Shown: positions 28,501-38,128 of the stretch, piece by piece
Numbering within the stretch: position 1 is the first letter of the stretch
Layout of the letters: every line of letters begins with the position of its first letter
Assembly (NCBI GenBank): GCA_963748015.1
Contig: CAVVHE010000008.1
Location: 512,001 to 576,000 of the forward strand
Direction: 5' to 3'
Source of the DNA: Terriglobia bacterium
GTDB lineage: Bacteria > Acidobacteriota > Polarisedimenticolia > Polarisedimenticolales > JAIQFR01
DNA length: 64,000 nucleotides
Notes under the pieces: model-generated
Seen by the model: only the letters and a program-made list of their open reading frames with translations
Told to the model about the DNA's origin: nothing
Databases searched by the model: none
Made by a program: the position numbers and the translations under genes

Positions 28501-29843
28501 CTCGCGCCGGTGTTCAGATAGTCGTCGCCAGTCCCTCCCCAAACGATCATCTCGGTCCCCGTCCAGATTGCGGTATGCGCGGCGCGCCCCGCGGGGACGT
28601 TCGCCCCCAGCGATGTCGCCGTCCAACGATCCGTCGAGGGGTCGTATCTCCCGCCGCTATTGAAAGTGGTGACGGGATAACCGCTCGGGTCGTATCCGCC
28701 CCAGATGATCATCTCCGTACCGGTCCAGACGGCGGTGTGGGAAACGCGGGCGGAAGGCGCGCTCGCGCCCAGTGAAGTCGGCAGCCAGATGTCCGTGGAC
28801 GGGTTGTAGCGTGCGCCGGTGTTGAGGGCGCTGTCATAGTAAGCTAGCCCACCCCATACGATCATCTCCGCGCCCGTCCACACGGCGGTGTGGTTGAAAC
28901 GACTCTCCGGACGAGAAGGGGTCGGACTCCAAGAGTCGTCCGCGCACGATCCGGCCTGCGGCGGGACGAGCGAGTACGACTCGGATGGCGCCGGGGCCAC
29001 GGAGCCGACCGGGTCCTTCGCCTGGTCCCACCACGTGTCGAACGGCACCTTGCGCCAGGTCACCGTCGCCACGGTCATCGAGTCGGTCGTCCGCGCGAGC
29101 ACTGCCGTCACGAAGAAGCCGTCCGGATCTTCTTGCAGGGCGCTCAACTGGCTCACCGGCAACGCGTCGTTCGGCGTGCCGAACCTCGCGGCGACGTCCT
29201 CGAGCAGCTCGTCCCAATCGGCCGGCGACACCTCCTGCACCCGGACGGCATCGATGGACCCCCGTGGCGCGGTCCCACGGTCGCGCTCGAGGCGAAGGGT
29301 CGTCTCGGAGTACGTTCCACCCATCGTCCTCATTGCGGTCACGCTCGTGGCGCCGGCGAGCTCCGCCTCCGCCTGAGCGCGAACCGCGCTGTGGAACCGC
29401 GAGTCGTACGCGTACCAGTTGCGGACCAGTCGTTCCGCCAGCGTCTGGCGCGCTAGTGTCTCGGCGATGACGAATGCGTCGCTTCCGAGCGCCTCGTACA
29501 GTTCCCGCAGCATCGCGCCGTCCCGGGTATTCGCCGACATCCGGTCCAGCTCCGCCTGGAGCTGCCCGCCGGTGATCGGACGCCGCCACCAGGTCTCCAG
29601 GGCGTTCGATTCTTCGAGGTAGTCCTCGACCTTGGCCCGCAACGCTTCCGCCGGCATCACGGCCGACAGCGGAGGCTTGGGTCCCGGGTTCTCCTTTGGC
29701 CAGATGCGGTGGTTCCAGTAGACCTGCTCTATCGTTTCTTGAGCGGCTACCCGCTCATCGAACGAGAGATCGCGGGCTTGCGAGGTAGGAGCGGCGAAGC
29801 ACGCCGCCGCGACGAGCGCGAGACACACCAGACCTTTTCGCAT
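25539..29843 (-). CDS. Large secreted kelch-repeat protein (14 repeats) + PKD-like + HYR-like + Cys-ending C-terminal domain
   Basis: Signal peptide; 14 HTAVWTG.EM.VWGG repeats; ASAGPD...LDGSGS.D (PKD-like); DTTPP.ITCP...YPLGTT..TFTATD (HYR-like); LWPPN.KM module. Confidence 0.9.
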   Translation of the reverse strand: MRKGLVCLALVAAACFAAPTSQARDLSFDERVAAQETIEQVYWNHRIWPKENPGPKPPLSAVMPAEALRAKVEDYLEESNALETWWRRPITGGQLQAELDRMSANTRDGAMLRELYEALGSDAFVIAETLARQTLAERLVRNWYAYDSRFHSAVRAQAEAELAGATSVTAMRTMGGTYSETTLRLERDRGTAPRGSIDAVRVQEVSPADWDELLEDVAARFGTPNDALPVSQLSALQEDPDGFFVTAVLARTTDSMTVATVTWRKVPFDTWWDQAKDPVGSVAPAPSESYSLVPPQAGSCADDSWSPTPSRPESRFNHTAVWTGAEMIVWGGLAYYDSALNTGARYNPSTDIWLPTSLGASAPSARVSHTAVWTGTEMIIWGGYDPSGYPVTTFNSGGRYDPSTDRWTATSLGANVPAGRAAHTAIWTGTEMIVWGGTGDDYLNTGARYSPSADSWAVTSTAVNVPSARTGHSAVWTGTEMIIWGGTGRDAQSNLTYFDTGGRYYPSTDRWVATGTSTGMGRYGHTAVWTGTEMIVWGGWGYIEGRQEGVLNTGGRYNPLTDNWAATSTGTNVPAQRASHRAVWTGSEMIVWGGWGAYDYNSGGRYNPTTDRWLPTSTGTNVPAQRYSHTAVWTGSEMIVWGGRNSLVDSYPTGGRYNPFTDSWVPTATGDGVPTGRSSHSAVWTGSEMIVWGGYDVGRSFVNSGGRYDPARDTWSATSTTDPPSARDLHTAVWTGRVMVVWGGWNRGFLGTGGRYDPATDRWTGTSAVNSPAARYDHTAIWTGGAMVVWGGCNFDVCFDNGGRYDPITDTWTPTSTLGAPSRRGSHASVWTGHAMLVWGGSDFDDAGNVFFYETGGLYDAATDTWTATSTAGAPSGRGGPVTAWTGRVMVVWGGRYFDDSANLVYPETGGRYDPATDTWTPTSTAGAPSGRGGETVVWTGRVMVVWGGYGDDGTDLVPLDTGSRYDPATDLWTPTSLAGAPSGRFYHTAVWTGREMVVWGGYSSYESVSRLGTGGRYLVGGCASPVASAGPDLTLECAGDLHSTATLDGSGSTDSDSSPGTNDDIVRFDWTEGGSPLASGMIVSVPFRLGIHDVTLAVTDRAGATASDDSIVTVIDTTPPWITCPASIIAECQSAGQAYIALSPATASDSCSGTATLTNSGTPNGPDASGSYPLGTTILTFTATDGTGNQASCQTTVIVRDTIPPAVAAVASPGVLWPPNRKMSVVNTTVVATDACDPSPSIVLASVVSSEPDDAAGSGDGETTGDIQGAAIGTPDFQVLLRAERDGNGPGRTYTIAYQTSDHSGNAVSASAQVAVPHDMSQGVEPLTFVVEGSRDTTLIWGPVEVARNYDVIRGDLANLRIDGSTIDLGQVVCIARDTAATTTMGYEDTTIPAPGQVFFYAVQYNDGREDSSYGSESAGRARVVKPNSGDCS

Positions 29844-29869
29844 GGCAGCCCCCGAGTGAGGTCATGAAG

Positions 29870-29898
29870 TACGTACGGGGCAGGCGGGTAAGAGTCAA
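29870..29898 (-). promoter_or_regulatory. Putative promoter TTGACT-N17-TACGTA
   Basis: Conserved with the equivalent upstream region of the tandem paralog (34441-34469). Confidence 0.55.
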
Positions 29899-30061
29899 GC
29901 GAAAAGCCCCGACGCGGCCTCGCGTGGCATGACTCAGGGTGGGTTCTACCCGGCAAACGCCTCGGGGCGGCGCTCTTTTCCATGCGCCCTCCCCAGCATT
30001 CGAGATCCTCGACTTTCGATCGTACCGGACACTGAAATGCGGACGATCCTTGGCTTCTATG

Positions 30062-33000
30062 TCAAGAACAGTCGCCGCTATTCGGCCTGACCACCCTTGC
30101 TCTGCCGGCGGATTCCGAGCCGTACGAGCTGTCCTCCCGGCCGTCGTCGTATTGGACCGCATAGAAGAAGACGTGGCCGGGCTCGGGGATCGCGGCGTCC
30201 TCGGCGCCGATCGTCGTGGTTGCCGCGGTGTCCCGCGCGATGCAGACCACTTGCCCGAGGTCGATGCTCGAGCCGTCGATTCTCAGGTTCGCGAGGTCGC
30301 CTCGGATCACGTCGTAGTGGCGCGCGCCCTCGACCGGGCCCCAGATCAGCGTCGTGCCCCGGGAGTTCTCCATCACGAAGTTCAGCGGCTCCTCCCCCTG
30401 GCTCATGTCGTGCGGCACGGCGACCTGCGCCGACGCCACGGCCGAGTTACCCGAGTGGTCGAAGGTCTGGTAGGCGATCGTATAGGTGCGCCCCCGACCG
30501 TTCCCGTCGCGCTCGGCGCGGAGAAGGACCTGGAGGTCCGGAGTGCCGAGCGCGGCGCCCTGGATGTCGTCCGTGGTCTGGCCGTCGCCGCCGCCCGCGG
30601 CATCGTCGGGCTCGCTCGACGTGACGGAGACGAGCACGATCGAGGGCGAGGGATCGCAGGCATCGGTGGCGACGACGGTGGCGTTCACGGTGGACATCTT
30701 GTGGTTCGGCGGCCAGAGCACGCCGGGGCTCGCGACGGCGGTGACGACGGGCGGGATCGTGTCCCGGACGGTGACCGCGGTCCGGCAGCTCGCATGGTTC
30801 CCCGAGCCGTCGGTCGCGGTGAAGGTGACGATCGTCGTGCCGAGCGGATAGGAGCCGGAGGCGTCCGCCCCGCCCGCGGTCCGATCGTTGGCGGTCGTCG
30901 CCGAGCCGTAGCAGAGGTCCGAGGCGGTCGCCGGCGCGAGCGCGACCAGGGCCTGGCCCGCGGACCGGCACTCGATCGTGACCGCGGCGGGGCAGGCGAT
31001 CGACGGTGGCGTCGTGTCCACGACGGTGACGGTCGTCCCGTCCGACGCCGTCGCCCCCGCCTTGTCGGTGACGGTGAGCGTGACGTCGTGCGCTCCGAGA
31101 TGGAGCGGCATCGACACGATCATCCCGCTGGCGAGCGGCGCGTCGCCCTCGGTCCAGTCGAAGCTCTCGATGTCGTCGTGGGTGCCAGGCGTGGAGTCGG
31201 GGTCGGTGCTGCCGGAGCCGTCGAGCGTCGCGGTAGCCTGGAGCTCGCCGGCGCATTCGAGCGTTTGGTCGTCGCCGGCGTCGGCGACGGGGGGCTGGTT
31301 CGACAACGCGCAGTAGCGGCCGCCGGTGTCCAAGTCGCGGTCGTTCGAGTTCTGGTCGACACCAGTGCCTCCCCAAACGATCATCTCGGTTCCCGTCCAG
31401 ACCGCGGTGTGACCCCAGCGGGGCTGAGGGAGGCTCGCTCCCGTCGACGTGGGCAGCCATTGGTCGCTCGCCGGACGGTAACGTCCCCCCGTGTCGCTCA
31501 ACTTCCAGAATCCAAAAGGAGCCGGCGAAACCCCGCCCCAGACGATCATCTCGGAGCCCGTCCACACCGAGGTGTGCGCTGCGCGGGGCTCGGGAACCCC
31601 GGCGGCAGTCGACACCGGGGTCCATCGATTCGTCGCGGGATCGTACCGCCCGCCGGAGTTGAGGTAGACGTTGGAGCCACCGACGGTCTGCTCGCCACCC
31701 CAGACGATCATCTCGCGGCCCGTCCAGACCGCCGTGTGCCGAAGTCGCGCCGAGGGCGTCCCCGCCGCGACCGGCATGTCGATCCAACGATCTGCCGACG
31801 GGTCGTATCGCCCGCCGGAATCAAGCTCGACGTAGTAGCCAGTCGGCCCGGGCCCCTGGCCGCCCCAGACGATCATCTCCGCGCCGGTCCACACCGCGGT
31901 CTGATAGGAACGCGGGGTCGGATTGCCGGTTCCCGTCGAGGTGGGAAGCCAGGTGTCCGTGCCCGGGTCGTAGCGTGCTCCCGTGACGAGATAGGATGGG
32001 TACCCGCTGGCGTCCGGCCCCACACCGCCCCAGACGATCATCTCGGAGCCCGTCCACACCAGAGAGTGGCCGGCCCGGGCGGTCGGCGCGTTCGCTCCCG
32101 TGGAGGTGGGAGACCAGGTGTCGAGCAGGGGACTGTAGCGTCCTCCCGTATCGAGGTAACTCCACGAGTAGTTGCCGCGGTATGCGGCGCCGCCCCAGAC
32201 GATCATCTCGGTTCCCGTCCACACCGCGGCATGTACTTCGCGCGAGGACGGAACGTTCGCTCCCGTTGATGTCGGTACCCACGCGTCCAGCGAAGGAACG
32301 TACCGACCGCCGGTGACGTAGAACCTGTACGGGCGTCCGTAATAGATGTAGTTGACGCCGCCCCAGACGATCATCTCGGTGCCGGTCCAGACGGCCGTGT
32401 GGTATCGGCGCGCCTCCGGAACGACCGCGAACGGGGCCGTGGGGACCCAACTGCCGTCGCTGGGGTCGTACCTCGCGCCGGAGTTGAGGAAGTTCGAGTA
32501 ATACCCTCCGCCCCAGACGATCATCTCGCTGCCGGTCCACACCGCGGTGTGACCGGCCCGCGGCGTCGTGGCGGTCGCCGACAGGGCGGTCCAGCTATCG
32601 TTTCGAGGGTCGTAACGCGAACCGGAGTTGAGAGGAGCGAAGCCACTTGACCCCCTGCCGCCCCAGACGATCATCTCGGAGCCGGTCCAGACGGCGGAAT
32701 GAAAGGCGCGAGCGAGCACGGAATCCTCGCCGGTCGAAGTCGCGACCCAACGGTCCGCGACCGGGTCGTATCGCGCGCCGGTGTTCAGGAAGAAGTAGAC
32801 GTCCCGTCTCCCTCCCCAGACGATCATTTCCGTCCCCGTCCAGACCGCGGTGTGTTGTTCGCGTCCCTCCGGGACGTTCGCCCCGGTTGACGTTGCGGCC
32901 CAGGCGTCCGTGGAGGGGTTGTAGCGACCGCCGGTGTCGAGATTCGTGATGCCGCCATCGTAGCCGCCCCAGACGATCATTTCCGACCCGGTCCAAACGG

Positions 33001-34414
33001 CAGTGTGGCCGGACCGCCAGGACGGGACATTCGCGCCCGTGGATGTCGGTCGCCAGTTGTTCGTCAACGGGTCGTATCTTCCGCCCGACTTCAGTTGGGC
33101 ATAGTCGGCCCCCGTACCGCCCCAAACGATCATCTCCGAGCCGGTCCACACCGCTGCATGCTGGTCGCGCGCGGCCGGCACGTTCGACCCGATCGAGACC
33201 GGAGCCCAGTGATCCGCGATCGGGTCGTATCTCCCGCCGGTATTGAGACGGGTACCGTTGCGGTACCCGCCCCAAACGATCATCTCGGTGCCGGTCCAAA
33301 CGGCGGAATGGCCCTGGCGCGGGTCGGGCACGTTGGCGTCCATCGAGGTCGGTAGCCAGCTGTCCGTCGCGGGGTTGTACCGGCCTCCGGTGTTCTCGCT
33401 GTTTCGTTCCACCTGCCCCCCCCAGACGATCATCTCGGTCCCGGTCCACACCGCGGTGTGGTACGAGCGGCCCGCGAGGAGGAACGCCGTCGGCCGCCAG
33501 GAGTCGTTCGCGCACGGCGCGGAGTGCGGCGATCGGAGCCCATACGGTCCGGAAGCGGGCAATGGGGTCGACCCGAGGGTCGACCGCACCTCGTTCCACC
33601 ATGCGTCGAACGACGTCTTGCGCCAGGTCACGGTCGCCACCGTGACGCTCGTTTCGGTCCGATCGAGGACCGCGCCGACGTAGAACGCGTCCGGCGTCTC
33701 CTGAAGGGGGCTCAACGTGCCGGTCGGAGCCGCGTCGTTCGAGACTCCGAATACCGAGGCGATCACTTCGATCTCGCGGTCCCACTCGTCCGAGGACAGG
33801 GCCTGCACGCGCACGGCCCCGGCGGGCGATGCCGCCTCGGGAGCCCCGCCGTCCTGCAGCACGAAGGTGCTCTCCGAGTATTCACCGCCCATCGTCCTCA
33901 TCTCGGTGGGACTCGTCGTCCGGCCGACGGCCTCCTCCGCCCGACGCCTCACCTCGGCGTGGAACCGCGGGTCGAAGGCGTACCAGTTGCGGAGCAGTCG
34001 ATCCGCCAGCGTTTGTCTGGCGAGCGTCTCCGCGACGACGAGCGCGCTGTTTCCAAGTGCCGTGTACAGCTCTCGCAGCATCCCGCCGTCGTGAGTGTTC
34101 GCCGACATGCGATCCAACTCCGCCTGAAGTTGGACGGCAGTGATCGGCCGCTGCCACCACGTCTCGAGGGCGCTCGACTTTCGGAGATAGTCCTCGACCT
34201 TCGCGCGGACCGCCTCCCGCGGCATCACGGTCGAAAGAGCAGGCTTGGGCCCCGGATTCTCCTTCGGCCAGAGCCTGTGATTCCAGAAGACCCGCTCGAT
34301 CGCCTCTTGCGCCGTGACCCGCTCCTCGAACGTGAGATCGCGGCCTTGAGCGGCGGGAGCGAAAATGCAAAACACCGCCGCGACGAGCAAGAGGCACACC
34401 GACTCTCTTCGCAT
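30062..34414 (-). CDS. Large secreted kelch-repeat protein (14 repeats) + PKD-like + HYR-like + Cys-ending C-terminal domain; tandem paralog
   Basis: Same architecture as 25539-29843, with a closely similar C-terminal ~400 aa. Confidence 0.9.
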   Translation of the reverse strand: MRRESVCLLLVAAVFCIFAPAAQGRDLTFEERVTAQEAIERVFWNHRLWPKENPGPKPALSTVMPREAVRAKVEDYLRKSSALETWWQRPITAVQLQAELDRMSANTHDGGMLRELYTALGNSALVVAETLARQTLADRLLRNWYAFDPRFHAEVRRRAEEAVGRTTSPTEMRTMGGEYSESTFVLQDGGAPEAASPAGAVRVQALSSDEWDREIEVIASVFGVSNDAAPTGTLSPLQETPDAFYVGAVLDRTETSVTVATVTWRKTSFDAWWNEVRSTLGSTPLPASGPYGLRSPHSAPCANDSWRPTAFLLAGRSYHTAVWTGTEMIVWGGQVERNSENTGGRYNPATDSWLPTSMDANVPDPRQGHSAVWTGTEMIVWGGYRNGTRLNTGGRYDPIADHWAPVSIGSNVPAARDQHAAVWTGSEMIVWGGTGADYAQLKSGGRYDPLTNNWRPTSTGANVPSWRSGHTAVWTGSEMIVWGGYDGGITNLDTGGRYNPSTDAWAATSTGANVPEGREQHTAVWTGTEMIVWGGRRDVYFFLNTGARYDPVADRWVATSTGEDSVLARAFHSAVWTGSEMIVWGGRGSSGFAPLNSGSRYDPRNDSWTALSATATTPRAGHTAVWTGSEMIVWGGGYYSNFLNSGARYDPSDGSWVPTAPFAVVPEARRYHTAVWTGTEMIVWGGVNYIYYGRPYRFYVTGGRYVPSLDAWVPTSTGANVPSSREVHAAVWTGTEMIVWGGAAYRGNYSWSYLDTGGRYSPLLDTWSPTSTGANAPTARAGHSLVWTGSEMIVWGGVGPDASGYPSYLVTGARYDPGTDTWLPTSTGTGNPTPRSYQTAVWTGAEMIVWGGQGPGPTGYYVELDSGGRYDPSADRWIDMPVAAGTPSARLRHTAVWTGREMIVWGGEQTVGGSNVYLNSGGRYDPATNRWTPVSTAAGVPEPRAAHTSVWTGSEMIVWGGVSPAPFGFWKLSDTGGRYRPASDQWLPTSTGASLPQPRWGHTAVWTGTEMIVWGGTGVDQNSNDRDLDTGGRYCALSNQPPVADAGDDQTLECAGELQATATLDGSGSTDPDSTPGTHDDIESFDWTEGDAPLASGMIVSMPLHLGAHDVTLTVTDKAGATASDGTTVTVVDTTPPSIACPAAVTIECRSAGQALVALAPATASDLCYGSATTANDRTAGGADASGSYPLGTTIVTFTATDGSGNHASCRTAVTVRDTIPPVVTAVASPGVLWPPNHKMSTVNATVVATDACDPSPSIVLVSVTSSEPDDAAGGGDGQTTDDIQGAALGTPDLQVLLRAERDGNGRGRTYTIAYQTFDHSGNSAVASAQVAVPHDMSQGEEPLNFVMENSRGTTLIWGPVEGARHYDVIRGDLANLRIDGSSIDLGQVVCIARDTAATTTIGAEDAAIPEPGHVFFYAVQYDDGREDSSYGSESAGRARVVRPNSGDCS

Positions 34415-34440
34415 GGAAGCCCCCGAATTCGGTCACCACC

Positions 34441-34469
34441 TAAGTACGCGGCAGGAGGCTGAGAGTCAA
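34441..34469 (-). promoter_or_regulatory. Putative promoter TTGACT-N17-TACTTA
   Basis: Conserved with 29870-29898. Confidence 0.55.
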
Positions 34470-34548
34470 CCCGTAACCGCTTCGCGGCGGCGGAGCGCGG
34501 CGAGTAATGGGACCCGAATGGTCCGACTTGCGTCGTTCGTCGCCTCCC

Positions 34549-37500
34549 TCAGAACCTCCGCACGGCCTTGTTGCGCTTGAGCTGCAGGACGCGGATGTCG
34601 GGGTCCACGAGGACGCGGTCGGGCTCGAAGGCGCAGGAGATGACGGCTTCCTTCTCCTCGCCGGCGGCCAGCGCGAGCTGCCGCCGCGCGTCCTTGTAGT
34701 CGGGTATCGGCTTCCCGTCCTTGTCCATCCGCTCGCCCTTCGCGGCGGCGACTTCGAGGGGCATCGTGCCCGTCCCCTCGTTCTTGACCTTCACGCGGAC
34801 CTCCCAGCCGTCGCCCGCGCGCTTCCGGTCCGCCTCGACGATCCGGTACTCGGGGACCACGACCTCGAAGAACCACTGCTTCGCGAAGGCGTCGAACGCG
34901 GCGGGGTCGGGCGCGTGCTCGCGCAGCACCGCGAGGAGGTCCTGCAGGACCGGGAAGTCGGGGCCTTCCTCGTAGCGCCGCGATGAAGTCGCGGAGCCCG
35001 GCGAAGGCGGCATCGCGCCCCATCAGGTCGTGGAGCATGAAGAAGACCCAGCCGCCCTTGTCGTAGGTGACCGTCGTGTCGCCGGCCTTCGAGCCGTCGA
35101 CCTTCACGAGCGGCCGCTCGGAGTCCTTCTGCCGCGAGTTCCCGTAGCTCTCCTCGATCCGCTTGCGGAACTCCATCGCGAAGAGCGGCCCCTTGACCTG
35201 GTCGAGCAGCAGCGCCGCGGAGTAGTGCGCCAGCCCCTCCGACACGACGTTGCCGCCCGGCCCCTTGCCCGGCGTGAGGATGTTCCCCCACCACTGGTGG
35301 GCCGACTCGTGCGCGGTGATGGCGAACGCGGTCGTCGGCGCGCGGGTCGCTCTTGGTGAGGAACCCGATCCCCTCGGAGAAGGTGATGTTCGTGGGGAAG
35401 CCCTGCGCGTAGAAGGCGTGCGCCGGCGAACTCGCTCAGCTTGCAGCTCCTTCCACGGGAACGGGAAGAACCACTCGTCGTAGTACTTCCGCGCGGCCTC
35501 GAGGGCCTCGGACATCTCCTCGACGTTGTACCGTGTGCGCGGGGTGGTAGAACACCGCGGTGTCCCCCGCGCGCTTCACGTCCCACTTCCCGGCGACGAC
35601 GTTGAAGAACCGCACGGGGTGATCGCTCCGCCAGACCGAGGTCCGCTTCCCGCCCGCGACGCTTCTCGGACGCGAGTACCCCGACCGAGTTCGCGACGTA
35701 CTCCGCGGGCACCGTGACCTCGATCTTCGTCGTGAACGACGACGCCGAGCCGAAGAGGGGCTCGGTCACGCCCTTGTAGAAGTCGTCGGGGTAGACCTTC
35801 GGCTCGTAGCGGTTCTTCTCGTCGACGCCGATATCCTCGATGTAGCCGACGACCGGCGCGAAGCTCGGCGAGAAGCTCGTGAGAACGACGCCCGAGGGCA
35901 GGATGAACTCCGACAGCCTGCCGCCGTTCTCGCGAGATCCCGTCGGGGAAGACGCCGTCGAAGGAGAAGCCGACGGTGATCGCCCTGGTCGCGCGCGATC
36001 GGGGCGGGCGGGGTGAAGACGTAGAGGCCGGTGCGGCTCTCCGGCTTGTACTCCTTCCCGTCGAGCGTCCACTTCACGTTCTTCCAGTGGAGGTCCGCCG
36101 GTGAGCGCCACCTGGGCCATCGGCGCGTCGCGGCGGTTCACGAGACGGTAGGTCCCCTCGGTCCTGAACGCGCTCTTTCCCGGCTCGAGCTCGAGCTTGA
36201 GGTCCACCGCGGTGAGATCGGGAAGCGGCGCGTCCTTCCACGTGGCCAGGTTCTGTCTCCAGTAGTCCTTGGCCTTCTCCTTCGCGGCGCCTCCCTGGTA
36301 GCCCTGGTGGACCTTCAGGCCCGAGCGCGGTCCCGAGGACGACCGGCACGAGCAGGAACGGGGCGAATCGCAGCAGGCCCTTCCCAAGCGAGCGCGGGCT
36401 CGAGCCGCTGCAGGGTCAGCGTCGGGTCCTTCGAGGTCCGCGGGAAGAAGCGCACCGCGACCGCGACGAAGAAGACCGTGAGCGACAGGGCGAAGAGGCG
36501 GTTCAGCAGGAACGCCGACCGGTCCAGCTCGAGCGGGCCCATGTCGCTCCAGCGCACCACGCCCCACAGGTCCCAGTTGCCGGCCCAGTTCATGTGGTCG
36601 CGGAACTGCAGGTAGCCGGTGAGGACGATCGCCGCGAGCGCCACCGTGTAGGTCGAGTAGCGGTTCCGCGTCACCGCGAAGGCGGCGGCGACGAACGACG
36701 TCCAGAGGAGCAAGGTGGGGAGGAGCAGGAGCCCCCACACGATCGCGAACGGCGACACCCGGAAGGGGACCTTCCCCTGGACGAGGATCATCACGAAGCA
36801 GACGAGAAACGCCGCGAGGAGGATGACGGCGCCCACGAAGCTGTTGGCCAGCGCCTTCCCGAAGAGGATGGACGCGGACCGCGCGGGGCTCGCGTGCGCG
36901 ATGGAGGCGATCCCCGTGACCTGGTCTCGCACGAGCGACTCGACGGTGTAGAAGAGGAGGAGCAGGCACAGGAGCAGCGTGAGCGTGTTCATGAGGTTCG
37001 CGGCGGTGAGGCCGGGGGTCAGGAGGACCGGCGCCTGCATCGCCCCCACCTCCATGAACTGGCTCGACGCCTGCAGCAGGATCAACGGGACGAAGAGGTA
37101 GAGCCCCGGGGAGCCGAGCAGCTCGCGGAACTCCACGCGGGCGACCTCGAGCATCCCCGCGACGAGTCCCAGGGGCCGGCTGCGCATGTTCAGGCTCGCC
37201 AGCGGGGCGGGGAAAGGCCGGCTCTCGCCAGGGGCGGACGCCGCGAGCTTCTTCTTCCTTCTCGAGGCCTTGCGGACGCCTCGCAGCGTATCGGCGAAGC
37301 GCTTGTGGCTGTAGGCGACCGCGCCGAGGCCGATCGCGGCGAACCCGAGCCGGCTCAGGAGGAACGGCACGTCGAAGCCGATCCTGCCCTCGTTGTAGAA
37401 CTTCACCCCGCGGTCCACCTTCATCCACGTCTCGTTGAGCCACCGGAAGCCCGCGGGGTCCGCCAGCATGAGCAGGCGGTTGATCCGCGGGTCGAGCCAC

Positions 37501-38128
37501 GTGGGGGACCAGTTCCAGAGGAACATGGCGCAGAACACCATCGCGGCCAGCGGGATCACGAACACCAGGATGGGCTTCCGCGTGCGCTCGCCGACCGCGA
37601 AGGCGGTCCCCGCGATGAAGAGGATGGGGGGCAGGCCGAAGGCCAGGAACGGCACGAGGTAGTTGGCGAGGAGGAACGGCCCCCGGATCTCCGCCGCGCG
37701 GTCGTTCGGCAGGAGATGGTTGCAGAAGGCCGTCATCACAGGTGGATCGCCATCACGCCGACGAAGGCGGCGAGGGCCGCGGCGAACTTCCCCCAGACGT
37801 ACTCGCCCGCGGTCAGCGGCGTCGAGTGCAGCAGCTCGCCGACCCGCGACTCGTCGTCGCGGATCACCGCCAGGCCCGCGGCGATCGCCACGAAGAAGGA
37901 GTAGAAGAGGAAGATCACCATGGAGAGCATCAGGCCGTTGGCGAACTGCGACGTGATCCACGCCTTGGTGCCGCCCACGGCCGTGTCGCCCGACTGGATG
38001 CGCGCCTAGCCCGTCGAGAGCCCCCACGCCGTGAAGGCGAGGAGGATCACGAGGACCCAGAGCATGGGCCGCTTCGCGTGCTGGGAGAAGTCGAGGCGGA
38101 AGACCGCGAGCAGGCGCCTCGCGCTCAC
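34549..38128 (-). pseudogene. ABC-2 permease / M1 aminopeptidase fusion, broken by several frameshifts and an in-frame TAG (38006-38008); pseudogene or sequencing errors
   Basis: Consecutive ORF fragments give two permease halves (LLHSTPLT...YVWGKF; ILFGKALAN), then AHESAHQWWGN...SEGLAHYSA and YDKGGWVF.ML. GTGA overlap with the ABC ATPase. Confidence 0.8.

Noticed and set aside
10150..33480. Regularly spaced ~40-bp near-identical DNA repeats resembling a CRISPR array
   Set aside because: They are in-frame codons for HTAVWTG.EMIVWGG with synonymous variation and ~150-bp periodicity; no cas genes or leader are present.
25539..34414. Diversity-generating retroelement behind the variable kelch loops
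   Set aside because: No reverse transcriptase in the window, and no template/variable repeat pair differing only at adenines was seen.
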